Shown here one piece after another: positions 54,700 to 64,000 of a DNA stretch of 64,000 bases (the stretch's first letter is position 1; each line of letters starts with the position of its first letter). The stretch is taken from contig DUQP01000031.1 in assembly GCA_012837735.1 (NCBI GenBank), positions 16,581 to 80,580 of the forward strand. Reading direction: 5' to 3'. The translations under genes were made by a program, and so were the position numbers. The notes beneath the pieces were generated by a model. It did no database searches. It had not been told where the DNA came from and saw only the letters and a list, made by a program, of their open reading frames with translations. The stretch comes from Bacillota bacterium (GTDB lineage Bacteria; Bacillota; Sulfobacillia; UBA3575; DUQP01).

Positions 54700-54725
54700 C
54701 CAGCGACCGCATGAGCGGTCGCCGG
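54700..54725. terminator. GC-rich hairpin between convergent uvrB and DUF1540 genes (no U-tract)
   Basis: CCAGCGACCGC-atga-GCGGTCGCCGG. Confidence 0.35.
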
Positions 54726-54743
54726 CCACCGACGACAGGCCCG

Positions 54744-54995
54744 TTATTGGCGGTAGACCCCGTCCAGTTTGACACTGTCAGAACCCTTTGAGACGTAGGT
54801 CTTGCAGCAGGTCTCCATACAGCTGCCGACTGGGGTTTCGGACATGCTGGTGGCCATAGTGGCGTCATAACTATCGCCACGGCTTTCACCGATCCGGTCC
54901 GATGTCACCAGAATTTCGTTCGCTTGGCATTTGTTGCCTTGATTCCAGTAGTGGCAGCTATTGACAGTGCAGTGAATGTGTTGGTTGTTGGCCAT
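54744..54995 (-). CDS. DUF1540 domain-containing small Cys-rich protein
   Basis: CTVNSCHYWNQGNKCQANEILV matches the DUF1540 repeat; strong RBS AAAGGAGGTGA upstream on the - strand. Confidence 0.7.
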   Translation of the reverse strand: MANNQHIHCTVNSCHYWNQGNKCQANEILVTSDRIGESRGDSYDATMATSMSETPVGSCMETCCKTYVSKGSDSVKLDGVYRQ

Positions 54996-55169
54996 GTGTT
55001 CACCTCCTTTTATGCACGCTGACTATATCATGCCCTGGCGGACGAAACAGTATCATCAGCGGACTTTGGCAGGATTCCCGGTCCACAAACAGAAAACACG
55101 AATTTTGGAAACAATAATAATCCCGCCGGGTGCCAATGGCCCGGCGGTCTCCTTCAGAAAGGCAGGATC

Positions 55170-58001
55170 ATGGTGGCAAAAGACGTCATCTTTGTCAAAG
55201 GGGCAAGGGAGCACAATTTGAAAAATATCGATGTTACGATTCCGCGTAATGCCTTAGTGGTCGTGACGGGGCTTTCCGGGAGCGGCAAGAGCACTTTGGC
55301 TTTTGATACCATTTATGCGGAAGGCCAGCGCCGTTACGTGGAATCCTTGTCCGCTTACGCGCGCCAGTTTTTAGGCCAAATGGACAAGCCAGATGTGGAT
55401 TATATCGAGGGTTTAAGCCCGGCGATCTCCATCGATCAGAAAACGACTAGCCAAAACCCCCGTTCCACGGTGGGCACCGTCACGGAGATCTACGATTATC
55501 TGCGGTTGTTGTTCGCCCGCATCGGGCATCCGCATTGCCATCGCTGCGGGCGGCCGATCACGCGCCAGACCGTCGATCAGATGGTGGATCAGATCATGGC
55601 GCTGCCGGAGGGGAGTAGGGTACAAATCCTGGCCCCGGTGGTGCGCGGGCGTAAAGGGGAGCACGAGCAGATCCTGAATAATATCCGCCGGGGCGGTTTC
55701 GTGCGCGTGCGCATCGACGGGCAAATGCAGGAATTGAGCGCCGAAATCAAGCTGGATAAAAACAAAAAGCACAACCTGGAGATCGTGGTGGACCGGTTAG
55801 TGATCAAAGCCGGGATCGAGAGCCGCCTGGCGGACTCCCTGGAAACGGCCCTTGCCTGGGCGGACGGGTTAGTATTGGTGGATGTGATTGATGGGGAAGA
55901 ACTGCTGTTTAGCCAAAACCTGGCCTGCCCGGACTGTGGGGTGAGTGTGGAGGAGATTGCGCCCCGCACATTCTCATTCAACAGCCCGTTTGGGGCCTGC
56001 CCGGTGTGTACCGGTTTGGGCCAGCAAACGGAGATCGATCCGGATCTGGTACTGCCGGACCGTACCCGTTCCATCTCCCAGGGCGGTGTGGCGCCTTGGG
56101 CGTTTGGTTCCTATTTGCCGCAACTGCTGCAGGCGGTGGCGGATCATTACGGTTTTAGCACGGAGACCCCCCTGCAGGACCTGGAGCAGCGTTTCATTGA
56201 TATCATTCTGTATGGGTCCGGGCGGGAGCGGATTAGATTCGAGCGCCAGGACAGCTATGGGCACAGGCGGGTGCGGACGATCCATTTCAGCGGCGTGATC
56301 CCGACTTTGAAACGCTGGCACCGGGAAACGAAAATGGAGCATGCCCGGCGTGAGATAGAGCAATACATGACCACTCTGCCCTGTCCGGCTTGCCGGGGTG
56401 CCCGGTTGCGACCGGAGGCTTTAGCGGTTTTGGTCGCCGGTCGCAACATATCGCAGGTTACTGCCATGTCCGTCAAGGAGGCGCTGGCATTTTTCCGGGA
56501 TCTGCATTTGTCGGAACGGGAAGGAATGATTGCCCGGCAGGTTCTGAAAGAGATCACGGAACGGTTGACGTTCTTGGTCAATGTCGGTCTCGACTACCTG
56601 ACGCTGGACCGGCAGACGGGCACCCTGTCCGGGGGTGAGGCGCAGCGGATCCGCCTCGCCACCCAGATCGGATCCGGCTTGGTGGGGGTGCTTTATATCC
56701 TGGATGAACCGAGTATCGGTTTGCACCAGCGCGACAACCGGCGGCTGCTTGATACCCTACTGCACCTGCGCGATTTGGGGAACACCCTGATTGTGGTTGA
56801 GCATGACGAGGAGACCATCCGCACGGCGGATCATATTGTGGATATCGGGCCGGGGGCCGGTGAGCACGGCGGCCAGGTGGTGGTGAGCGGCAATCTGGCG
56901 GATGTGCTGAATTGCCCGGAATCCATCACCGGGCAGTATTTGCGTGGGCAGCGTCACATCCCGCTACCCAAGACCCGCCGGCAGGCAAATGGTAAGTTCC
57001 TGCAGGTGGTGGGGGCGTGCCAGCACAATCTACGCGATTTGACGGTCACGATTCCCCTAGGAGTGCTAATTTGTGTTACGGGTGTCTCGGGATCGGGCAA
57101 AAGCACTTTAGTGAATGAAATCCTTTACAAGCGCCTGGCGCAGGAATTGCATGGCGCGAAAGGGCGACCGGGAGCCCACGAGCAGCTGCTGGGATTCGCC
57201 CAGCTCGATAAAGTGATCGCCATCGACCAGGCCCCGATTGGCCGCACTCCGCGTTCCAATCCCGCCACTTATACCGGGGTGTTTGACTACATCCGGGAAT
57301 TGTTCGCGCTGACGCCGGAGAGCAGGATGCGGGGTTATAAACCGGGCCGGTTCAGCTTCAATGTGAAAGGCGGCCGCTGTGAGGCGTGCCGGGGGGACGG
57401 GATCATTCGCATCGAGATGCATTTTTTGCCGGATGTGTATGTGCCTTGCGAGGTGTGCAAAGGCCAGCGCTATAACCGGGAAACGCTGGAAGTGCATTAC
57501 AAGGGGAAGACGATTGCCGATGTTTTGGCCATGACGGTCAGCGAGGCTTTGGAGTTTTTCCGCGAGATCCCGCGCATCAAGCGCAAACTGCAAACCCTGG
57601 AGGACGTTGGCCTCGGTTATATCAAGCTAGGGCAACCGGCAACCACCCTTTCCGGGGGCGAGGCGCAGCGCGTGAAGCTGGCTGCCGAACTGAGCCGCCG
57701 CAGCAACGGCAAGACACTATATATTCTCGATGAACCGACCACCGGTTTGCATATGGCGGACATCGACCGCTTGCTCAGCGTCCTGCAGCGGTTGGTGGAT
57801 GCCGGCGATACCGTGCTGGTGATCGAGCACAATCTGGATGTGATCAAAACGGCCGACTATCTGATCGACCTGGGACCGGAAGGGGGAGACGGTGGTGGTC
57901 TGCTGGTGGCCTGCGGTACCCCGGAAGAGGTGGCCGGGGTGGAGGCCTCGTTTACGGGGCAGTACCTGCGGCGGGTATTGAAGGAGGGCAGGTCAAGATG
58001 A
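55170..58001 (+). CDS. uvrA: excinuclease ABC subunit A
   Basis: two ABC modules (GLSGSGKST / GVSGSGKST), zinc fingers [13 protein letters not shown]. Confidence 0.95.
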   Translation: MVAKDVIFVKGAREHNLKNIDVTIPRNALVVVTGLSGSGKSTLAFDTIYAEGQRRYVESLSAYARQFLGQMDKPDVDYIEGLSPAISIDQKTTSQNPRSTVGTVTEIYDYLRLLFARIGHPHCHRCGRPITRQTVDQMVDQIMALPEGSRVQILAPVVRGRKGEHEQILNNIRRGGFVRVRIDGQMQELSAEIKLDKNKKHNLEIVVDRLVIKAGIESRLADSLETALAWADGLVLVDVIDGEELLFSQNLACPDCGVSVEEIAPRTFSFNSPFGACPVCTGLGQQTEIDPDLVLPDRTRSISQGGVAPWAFGSYLPQLLQAVADHYGFSTETPLQDLEQRFIDIILYGSGRERIRFERQDSYGHRRVRTIHFSGVIPTLKRWHRETKMEHARREIEQYMTTLPCPACRGARLRPEALAVLVAGRNISQVTAMSVKEALAFFRDLHLSEREGMIARQVLKEITERLTFLVNVGLDYLTLDRQTGTLSGGEAQRIRLATQIGSGLVGVLYILDEPSIGLHQRDNRRLLDTLLHLRDLGNTLIVVEHDEETIRTADHIVDIGPGAGEHGGQVVVSGNLADVLNCPESITGQYLRGQRHIPLPKTRRQANGKFLQVVGACQHNLRDLTVTIPLGVLICVTGVSGSGKSTLVNEILYKRLAQELHGAKGRPGAHEQLLGFAQLDKVIAIDQAPIGRTPRSNPATYTGVFDYIRELFALTPESRMRGYKPGRFSFNVKGGRCEACRGDGIIRIEMHFLPDVYVPCEVCKGQRYNRETLEVHYKGKTIADVLAMTVSEALEFFREIPRIKRKLQTLEDVGLGYIKLGQPATTLSGGEAQRVKLAAELSRRSNGKTLYILDEPTTGLHMADIDRLLSVLQRLVDAGDTVLVIEHNLDVIKTADYLIDLGPEGGDGGGLLVACGTPEEVAGVEASFTGQYLRRVLKEGRSR

Positions 58002-59836
58002 GCACTGCTAGACCTGAAAAGCTGAAAAACCTGCCGGACCGGCCGGGGGTGTATATATTCCGGGATGCGGCCCACAAGCCCCTTTATGTGGGCAAGGCGG
58101 CTTCCCTGCGTAACCGGGTGCGCTCCTATTTCACGGGTACCCTGGCACCGCGGACCAGGTTGCTGATGCAGGAGGCGGCCGATTTCGAATACATCGTCAC
58201 CGACTCGCCCATGGAGGCCTTGATTTTGGAGAGCAACCTGATCAAGCGCTTCCGGCCGCGCTTTAACATCCGGCTAAGGGATGACAAACAGTACCCGTAT
58301 CTAAAGGTGACGATGGATGAAGAATTCCCGCGGTTGTCAGTGGTGCGCAGACCGGCTCGGGACGGCGCCCGCTACTTCGGCCCCTTTACGGATGTGGGGG
58401 CGATGAAGGAAACGGTGAAACTGGCTCGCCGGTTATTTCCCTATCGCTCTTGCGAAACATTTGACCGGGGTCGCTCCCGGCCCTGTTTGGACTACCACAT
58501 TCAGCTCTGCCCCGGTCCTTGCCAGGGATGGGTAGCGCCGAGGGAATACCGGGATAATATTGAGCAGCTCTGTTCGTTTCTGGCCGGACGACATACGGAG
58601 ACAATGGAACGGCTGGAAAAAGAGATGCAGCAGGCGGCGGCTGACCTGGATTTTGAACGGGCGGCCGAGCTGCGGAACCGGTTGCAGGCGGTGCAAAGAG
58701 CTGCCACCAAGCACAAGGTGGTTTCCACCAGCGGGGATGACCGGGATGTGGTGGCGTTGGCCAAAGCAGGGCACGATGCCCTGATCCAGGTCTTTATTGT
58801 GCGGGACGGACTGTTGGTGGGGCGCGAGGAATATTTTTTCCCGGCTGCTGGAGATGTGGCGGGGGGCGAGCTGATGGGGGCGTTCGTGAAACAATATTAC
58901 GAGCGGGCCGCTTTCATTGCCCCGGAGATCTTGTTGAGCGAAGAACTGGAGGAAAAAGCGGATATCGAGATCTGGTTGGGGCATCGCGCCGGGCGGCGGG
59001 TACGGCTGCATCGCCCGCAACGTGGAGATAAGCGGCGGCTGGTGGCGATGGCGCAAGAGAACGCCGAACTGGCCTTGCAGGAACGGCAAGCGGGCCGGCA
59101 GCAAGCCGAGGAGTTGCGCCAGGTGGCCCTGCGGGACCTGGCGGAGAGTTTGAAGTTGCCATCGGTCCCAAACCGGATTGAGTGCTACGATATCTCCCAT
59201 TTGCACGGGGCCAGTGCCGTGGCCTCCATGGTGGTCTTTCGCGCTGGCGAACCGGCAAAGGAAGATTACCGGCGCTTTCGCGTGCATGTGCCGGGGCCGG
59301 ATGACTACGCTGCCATGCGGGAAGTGATCAGGCGTCGCTTCCGGCGCCTGATGGCCACTGATGAGCGGGATGGGAGTTTTTCTGCCTGGCCGGATTTGGT
59401 GCTGGTGGATGGCGGCAAAGGACAACTGCAAGCTGCCCTGGATGCTTTGCCAGACCTAACGCAGCCAGTGGAATTGGCGGCCCTGGCCAAGGAACATGAA
59501 CACTTGTTTCGGCCAGGCGAAAGTGAGCCGATCGTTTTGCCGCGCGATGCGGCGGCCCTGCATTTGCTGCAACGGATTCGCGACGAAGCGCACCGGTTTG
59601 CCGTTTCATACCACCGGCGGCTGCGGGATGAGGAGGGGCGGCGCTCGCTATTGGATGAGATCCCGGGCATCGGCCCGCGCCGGCGCAAGAATCTCTTGAA
59701 GCACTTCGGATCAATAGCAGGGATACGGGCTGCCAGTTTAGAAGAACTGGCGCGGGTGCCGGGGATGACCAAACGGGCGGCCTTAGCAGTACACGCCCAT
59801 CTTGGCAGCCAGGAGCCGGACCGGGCGCAGTCATAA
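57998..59836 (+). CDS. uvrC: excinuclease ABC subunit C
   Basis: GIY-YIG N-terminus [21 protein letters not shown] domain, RNaseH-like/HhH C-terminus; ATGA overlap with uvrA. Confidence 0.93.
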   Translation: MSTARPEKLKNLPDRPGVYIFRDAAHKPLYVGKAASLRNRVRSYFTGTLAPRTRLLMQEAADFEYIVTDSPMEALILESNLIKRFRPRFNIRLRDDKQYPYLKVTMDEEFPRLSVVRRPARDGARYFGPFTDVGAMKETVKLARRLFPYRSCETFDRGRSRPCLDYHIQLCPGPCQGWVAPREYRDNIEQLCSFLAGRHTETMERLEKEMQQAAADLDFERAAELRNRLQAVQRAATKHKVVSTSGDDRDVVALAKAGHDALIQVFIVRDGLLVGREEYFFPAAGDVAGGELMGAFVKQYYERAAFIAPEILLSEELEEKADIEIWLGHRAGRRVRLHRPQRGDKRRLVAMAQENAELALQERQAGRQQAEELRQVALRDLAESLKLPSVPNRIECYDISHLHGASAVASMVVFRAGEPAKEDYRRFRVHVPGPDDYAAMREVIRRRFRRLMATDERDGSFSAWPDLVLVDGGKGQLQAALDALPDLTQPVELAALAKEHEHLFRPGESEPIVLPRDAAALHLLQRIRDEAHRFAVSYHRRLRDEEGRRSLLDEIPGIGPRRRKNLLKHFGSIAGIRAASLEELARVPGMTKRAALAVHAHLGSQEPDRAQS

Positions 59837-59859
59837 AATGGCCAGGGGGGAAGCCGCTG

Positions 59860-60576
59860 ATGCCATGGCGGACTTTATTTTTTAGATACGGCTGGATGTT
59901 TCTGGGCATGATGTGCCTTGCCTTTGGTATCGTGTTAGTGGCGAAAGGGAGCACATTTGGGGTCGATCCCTGGACAGTGTTTCACCTTGGCCTAACTTAC
60001 AAAACCGGTTGGACCCTGGGGCGCATCTCGCAGGGCGCCGGTCTGGTGATCATTGTGATTAGCGCCCTGCTGGGCGTGCGGCCCCAATTGGGGACAGTAT
60101 TGAACATGATTTTCGTGGGGTTTTTTATCGATGTAATCAATGCCCATTTAATCAGTCCCGACCCGGTAGCCCTTCCGGCCGCCATCTTACTCGTCTTCGT
60201 GGGCAGCGGCATCATCGGGTTTGGCGGTGCCTGGTATCTTTCTGCGGATCTGGGCGGCGGTCCCCGCGACTCATTGATGCTGGCTATTTCCAAGCGCTCC
60301 CCCTGGCGGGTGGGGAATGTCCGCACGGCGATGGAGCTGACGGTGCTGGTGGTTGGTTATGTGCTGGGTGGACCGGTGGGCCTCGGGACAGTGTGTAGTG
60401 CGGTGATCGTTGGTCAAACGGTCGATATTGCCCTCAGTCTGTTCCGTATTTTGGGGGAGTGGGGGCCGTTCCGCGGCATTATCCATGTCCAGGTGCGTAC
60501 CGGTAAGACCAGCTGGTTGACCCGGCTGGGTCGCCAGGAGGAAGCAGCCCCCTGCCAATCCCAAATCAAACCCTAG
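59860..60576 (+). CDS. YczE/YyaS/YitT-like integral membrane protein
   Basis: GVDPW, GGGPRDSLML motifs, 6 TM. Confidence 0.55.
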   Translation: MPWRTLFFRYGWMFLGMMCLAFGIVLVAKGSTFGVDPWTVFHLGLTYKTGWTLGRISQGAGLVIIVISALLGVRPQLGTVLNMIFVGFFIDVINAHLISPDPVALPAAILLVFVGSGIIGFGGAWYLSADLGGGPRDSLMLAISKRSPWRVGNVRTAMELTVLVVGYVLGGPVGLGTVCSAVIVGQTVDIALSLFRILGEWGPFRGIIHVQVRTGKTSWLTRLGRQEEAAPCQSQIKP

Positions 60577-60598
60577 GCGCCCGCAGGGGCGCTTTTTT
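60577..60598 (+). terminator. rho-independent terminator
   Basis: GCGCCC-gcag-GGGCGC-TTTTTT. Confidence 0.75.
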
Positions 60599-60663
60599 GG
60601 CAGGACTTGGTTTGGGGGGTGTGGAAAGATGGTGCAGAATGAATTCTGGAGGGGGTCAAGCTG

Positions 60664-61653
60664 ATGAGCAAACCGCGCGTTTTCGTGACCCGCACCATGC
60701 CCGGGCCGGCCCTGCAGATGCTGGAGGCTGAGCTGCAGGTGGACATGTGGGAAGAGGACCGGCCCATTCCGCGGGAGGAATTTTTGCGCCGGGTACCGGG
60801 AGTGGATGGGATCCTCACGCATGTCACGGATCGGGTTGACGGCGAGTTGTTGGATGTGGCTGGGCAGGCGAGAGTGGTCAGCAATTATGCGGTCGGTTAT
60901 GACAACATAGATGTCCCCGCTGCCAGCGCGCGCGGCGTTTTAGTGACGAACACCCCCGGTGTGTTGACGGACGCCACGGCCGACATGGCGTTTGCCTTGT
61001 TAATGGCGGCCGCCCGGATGCTGACGCGCGCGGAGCGCGCCCTGCGGGACGGGGAATGGCGGCAATGGCAGCCGGACTGGTTGCTGGGGGCACCGGTTTG
61101 GGGCGCGACGCTCGGGGTAATTGGGTTGGGCCGGATTGGCCAGGCGATGGCCAGGCGGGGACGCGGTTTTGATATGGAAGTCCTTTATTACAGCCGGCGC
61201 CGCCGGCCGGAGCTGGAAGCACAGCTCGGGCTGCAATATCGGCCTTTGGAGGATTTGCTGGCGGCATCCGACTTTGTATCATTGCATGTGCCGCTTTCTG
61301 AACAAACTCACCACCTGATTGGAGAGCGGGAACTGGGCTTGATGAAAAAGTCAGCCATTTTGATCAACACGGCGCGCGGGCCGGTTGTTGATGAAAAAGC
61401 TTTAGTAGCGGCGTTGCGCACTGGGCAAATCGCCGCTGCCGGTCTTGATGTGTTTGAGCGGGAGCCGATCTCCCTGGACAATCCGCTCCTGGAATTGGAC
61501 AATGTGGTCTTGATCCCACATTTGGGCAGCGCTACCCGTCCTTCGCGCTACGAAATGGGCACCACTGCGGCCCGCAACTTGTTGGCGGCCGTATCCGGGC
61601 GCAAGCCGCCGAATCTGGTTAACCCCGAAATATGGGATCAGCGGCGTAGATGA
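60664..61653 (+). CDS. D-isomer-specific 2-hydroxyacid dehydrogenase (glyoxylate/hydroxypyruvate reductase family)
   Basis: NAD fold GLGRIGQAMARRG, catalytic R/E/H context ARGPVVDE...HLGSAT. Confidence 0.85.
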   Translation: MSKPRVFVTRTMPGPALQMLEAELQVDMWEEDRPIPREEFLRRVPGVDGILTHVTDRVDGELLDVAGQARVVSNYAVGYDNIDVPAASARGVLVTNTPGVLTDATADMAFALLMAAARMLTRAERALRDGEWRQWQPDWLLGAPVWGATLGVIGLGRIGQAMARRGRGFDMEVLYYSRRRRPELEAQLGLQYRPLEDLLAASDFVSLHVPLSEQTHHLIGERELGLMKKSAILINTARGPVVDEKALVAALRTGQIAAAGLDVFEREPISLDNPLLELDNVVLIPHLGSATRPSRYEMGTTAARNLLAAVSGRKPPNLVNPEIWDQRRR

Positions 61654-61737
61654 AAAGGCGGTTAAGAAGGAACTGGTCGCAGGACTTGCGAAAGAATAAT
61701 AATTTGGGTCTGAAATGAAGGATAAGGAGGATATGGA

Positions 61738-62484
61738 ATGGCGGAAAAAGTTTGTGTCATTACCGGTGGTGCCAACGGCATCGGCTTGGCTACGGCGCGG
61801 ATGTTGGCGGAGCAGGGCGAGATCGTAGTGTTGGCGGATTGGGATGAAGAGGCTTTAGCGCGGTCCGAACAGGAATTGGCTGCCGCTGGAGCCAAAGTGT
61901 TGGCGGTTCCGACCAATGTGGCAGAGAAAGAATCTGTGCAGGCCCTATTTGCAAAGGTGCGCCAAGAATATGGGCGCCTGGATGTGCTGGTGAATTCAGC
62001 CGGCATCTGCCGGTTGACTCCGATCGACGAGTTGTCCGTGGAAGAATGGGATCTGATGATGGATGTGAACCTGAAGGGCACATTCCTGTGCAGTCAGGCT
62101 GCCGTGCCATTTTTCAAAGCACAAAAAAGCGGCAACATCGTTAATATTTCATCGGTGGCCGGGAAGGTGGGCGGCATAGCCGTCGGGCCGCACTATTCCG
62201 CCTCCAAAGCAGGCGTCATTTGCCTGACAATGTCTTTTGCCAAATACTTGGTGAAAGATGGGGTGCGGGTGAATGCCGTGGCACCGGGGCCGATTACCAC
62301 TAATATGACCGATGAGTGGCCGGATGACGTGCGGGAGCGCATGGGGCGCAATATCCCGCTCACGGGCAGGATGGGCACTGTGGAAGAGGTTGCGAATGTG
62401 ATTATGTTTCTGATTTCTGATCAATCCGCCTTCATCACAGGGGAAATCATAGATGTGAACGGCGGCGTGTTAATGGATATCTGA
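61738..62484 (+). CDS. SDR-family oxidoreductase (FabG-like)
   Basis: TGGANGIG, NSAG, YSASKAG catalytic tetrad context; AGGAGG 7 nt before ATG. Confidence 0.85.
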   Translation: MAEKVCVITGGANGIGLATARMLAEQGEIVVLADWDEEALARSEQELAAAGAKVLAVPTNVAEKESVQALFAKVRQEYGRLDVLVNSAGICRLTPIDELSVEEWDLMMDVNLKGTFLCSQAAVPFFKAQKSGNIVNISSVAGKVGGIAVGPHYSASKAGVICLTMSFAKYLVKDGVRVNAVAPGPITTNMTDEWPDDVRERMGRNIPLTGRMGTVEEVANVIMFLISDQSAFITGEIIDVNGGVLMDI

Positions 62485-62501
62485 ACATGACAGGCGGTAA
62501 A

Positions 62502-62535
62502 GGACAGCCTTTTTCAAGGCTGTCCCTCCTTTTTC
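62502..62535 (+). terminator. rho-independent terminator
   Basis: GGACAGCC-tttttcaa-GGCTGTCC then CTCCTTTTT. Confidence 0.7.
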
Positions 62536-62608
62536 AATGTGCAAAAATCTGCTGGCCGCAACTGCTCAAACCAGAAACGATTTTTGCTTTCACTGGATCG
62601 GTTATTTA

Positions 62609-62872
62609 TCACTTAAAGAATCCGCCAAATAAAGGGATACTTTCCATGCCGGATGCTTTTGAACTCGATGTATTGGGTAGAATTAGGATTGCAAGTGCTG
62701 CAACCGCAGCAATAGCCCATCCTTTATAAGCTTTTTTCTTTGACATAGATCTCTTGGTCTTCTTTCCTTGATTTATACGCTGTTCCATTTCAAAAACAAC
62801 CTTATCGCTCATGACTGGTTTTTCATACTTTTTCTTAAATAATCTTAAATTTTTATCATCATAATCAGACAA
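62609..62872 (-). CDS. small single-TM membrane protein; putative (possibly 3'-truncated) anti-sigma factor cotranscribed with the sigma fragment
   Basis: starts right after the sigma ORF stop: TGA-AAGGAGG-tccttgtta-TTG (ORF track's ATG 62899 lies inside the sigma ORF); charged N-domain, TM AIAAVAALAILIL, very short ectodomain; region GC about 33%. Confidence 0.45.
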   Translation of the reverse strand: MSDYDDKNLRLFKKKYEKPVMSDKVVFEMEQRINQGKKTKRSMSKKKAYKGWAIAAVAALAILILPNTSSSKASGMESIPLFGGFFK

Positions 62873-62888
62873 TAACAAGGACCTCCTT

Positions 62889-63260
62889 TCAACCAACATT
62901 ATCCATACATTTGAGTTTTTTCAGGCCTCTATATAATCTGCTCTTAATCGTACTAAGATTTTCCCCAAGTACATATGCAATTTCGTCAAGTATAAGACCT
63001 TCAAAAAACTTCAACTGAATTACTGTTTTGTCTTTATCAGACATAGAATTTAATGCTCTCATTAAATCTATATTTTCATATGTATCTTCGACCTGAGGCT
63101 CTGTGAAACTTTCATCATCAATAGAATTTATTGCTTTCATGTCTAAACGTCTATAGATTTCATTCATCATGATCCTATATACCCAGGTCTCTGCATATTC
63201 AATATTTTTGAGAGAATCGCTAGTGTTATCAGTTGAGGATGAAAAGCGCTGAAATCTCCC
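62889..63260 (-). pseudogene. 5'-truncated sigma-70/ECF-family sigma factor (end of region 2 plus region 4 only)
   Basis: ...KNIEYAETWVYRIMMNEIYRRL (region 2.3/2.4-like) and DKDKTVIQLKFFEGLILDEIAYVLGENLSTIKSRLYRGLKKL (region 4 HTH); the in-frame open reading frame runs to a TGA at 63261-63263 with no start codon before Met-Met at 63170; region 2.1-2.2 is absent; AT-rich coding sequence abuts GC-rich DNA at about 63233. Confidence 0.5.
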
Positions 63261-63375
63261 TCAGCCAGCCAGCCGGGAACCATGGCGGGGGCAATTGCGC
63301 TGATGGCGACGCAGGCCAGCGCCAACTCCGCGACAGCGGAAACATGGCTGTCACGGCCTATTTCAGCAAATCTCT

Positions 63376-63561
63376 TCAGATCTGCTTCAATCCTGAGATA
63401 TGCAGGGTAGTCCCCCCCAGGCTGATTGCTGCCACCACCGCTGGCAGGGAGGCGCGCAGCCTTGCCGCTTCATTCCCTTGGGTCTTTTCGTAGTAGCACA
63501 TTATCCGGGCAAAATCACCCCGCAGGTAGGCAAGTTCCATTTCGTATTGCAGCCGTGACAT
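63376..63561 (-). CDS. 61-aa hypothetical ORF (could be a detached N-terminal remnant of the sigma factor: LRGDFARIMCYYEK resembles sigma-70 region 1.2/2.1)
   Basis: GC-rich; starts 3 nt after the upstream HTH ORF stop; speculative. Confidence 0.25.
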   Translation of the reverse strand: MSRLQYEMELAYLRGDFARIMCYYEKTQGNEAARLRASLPAVVAAISLGGTTLHISGLKQI

Positions 63562-63564
63562 TTC

Positions 63565-63837
63565 CTATGTCACCATACTGAGAATCTCAGCGGGGTTATT
63601 GGCTGGCATGGGCATGGAAGTAGCCTCAAAAAGACGGACCAGTTCGCAGGACAGCGCTTCTAACGGGTGTTTTTTCTCTTTACGCAAATCCCCTGGTTTT
63701 TCGACATCAGCGGGAATCATCCACGCCCGTCCGTATTTTGGGCGCGGGGGATCCTCCGGGCGGCCAGAAGCCGCTGCCCCCGCCGGAGGGAAACGCCCCC
63801 ACTTTTCAGCAGCTTCTGATGCTGAAATGTATCCCAT
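63565..63837 (-). CDS. small helix-turn-helix protein of the Xis/HTH_17-like family common in Firmicute integrative elements
   Basis: MGYISASEAAEKWG...GRPEDPPRPKYGRAWMIPADVEKPGDLRK follows the recurrent pattern M.YLSIKEAAEKWG...GRIPGA..FG..W.IP.DAEKP.D.RK; start taken at the internal Met (ORF track start 63921 adds 28 aa). Confidence 0.45.
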   Translation of the reverse strand: MGYISASEAAEKWGRFPPAGAAASGRPEDPPRPKYGRAWMIPADVEKPGDLRKEKKHPLEALSCELVRLFEATSMPMPANNPAEILSMVT

Positions 63838-64000
63838 CCTTCCGTAGGCCTTTCTGTTGGAAATTATGTCCTTATTATAGTCGTTTGAGCGACGTACTTT
63901 AAAGAACTGTAAGACACGCATCCCTGTTTTCCGACGGTGAAACCCAGGTTTGAAGTTTTTCTTTTTTATTCAAGGAGATTTTCCAAGCGGCGGATTCGCC

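Noticed and set aside
54996-55169. LexA (Cheo box GAAC-N4-GTTC) operator upstream of uvrA or uvrB
   Set aside because: No GAAC...GTTC palindrome in the uvrA upstream region or near uvrB. uvrB has no own intergenic region (14 nt after the PDZ protein gene).
63233-63493. 86-aa plus-strand ORF in the GC-rich patch
   Set aside because: No RBS, low-complexity composition, antisense to the minus-strand ORFs of the island.

Overview
This 64-kb window (about 62% GC) is a chromosomal segment of an endospore-forming Firmicute, coded almost entirely on the + strand. Gene order mirrors two Bacillus subtilis regions. The first is prfA-prmC-ywlC/ywlE-rpiB-ywlG ... tagO-mnaA-atp operon-murAA-spoIID-spoIIQ-like-spoIIID-mreB/mbl. 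The second is hpf-secA-prfB ... ftsEX-ctpB-like-uvrB-uvrA.

Recognised content, in order:
- a MacAB-type tripartite ABC efflux pump;
- rpmE behind a near-consensus sigma-A promoter;
- prfA and prmC;
- a TsaC/Sua5::LMW-PTP fusion;
- rpiB, a TIGR01440 protein, a dCMP deaminase and a small MazG-like protein;
- tagO and mnaA;
- the complete F1Fo ATP synthase operon (atpZ/I, I, B, E, F, H, A, G, D, C) with its terminator;
- murA, spoIID, a SpoIIQ-like degenerate-LytM protein with a sigma-F/G-type promoter, spoIIID and mreB/mbl;
- fabZ-metK, recD2, comFC and hpf;
- a four-gene insertion between hpf and secA (MobA-like nucleotidyltransferase-fold protein, small membrane protein, thiT, thiamine pyrophosphokinase) that is translationally coupled to secA;
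- prfB with its programmed +1 frameshift;
- an envelope cluster (DUF2993/LmeA-like, YibE/F, two tandem paralogous ~680-aa polytopic membrane proteins, csaB, tagA) that, with tagO/mnaA, fits synthesis of pyruvylated ManNAc-GlcNAc secondary cell-wall polymer;
- a split transketolase;
- ftsE-ftsX-M23 peptidase, an S41 protease and a PDZ membrane protein;
- uvrB, an antisense DUF1540 gene, then uvrA-uvrC;
- three housekeeping-type genes;
- at the 3' edge, a low-GC patchwork carrying a 5'-truncated sigma-70-family gene, a small membrane anti-sigma-like ORF and an Xis-like HTH ORF, which looks like a decayed mobile element.

No rRNA, tRNA or CRISPR was found. All function calls rest on remembered family motifs and synteny, not on database searches.
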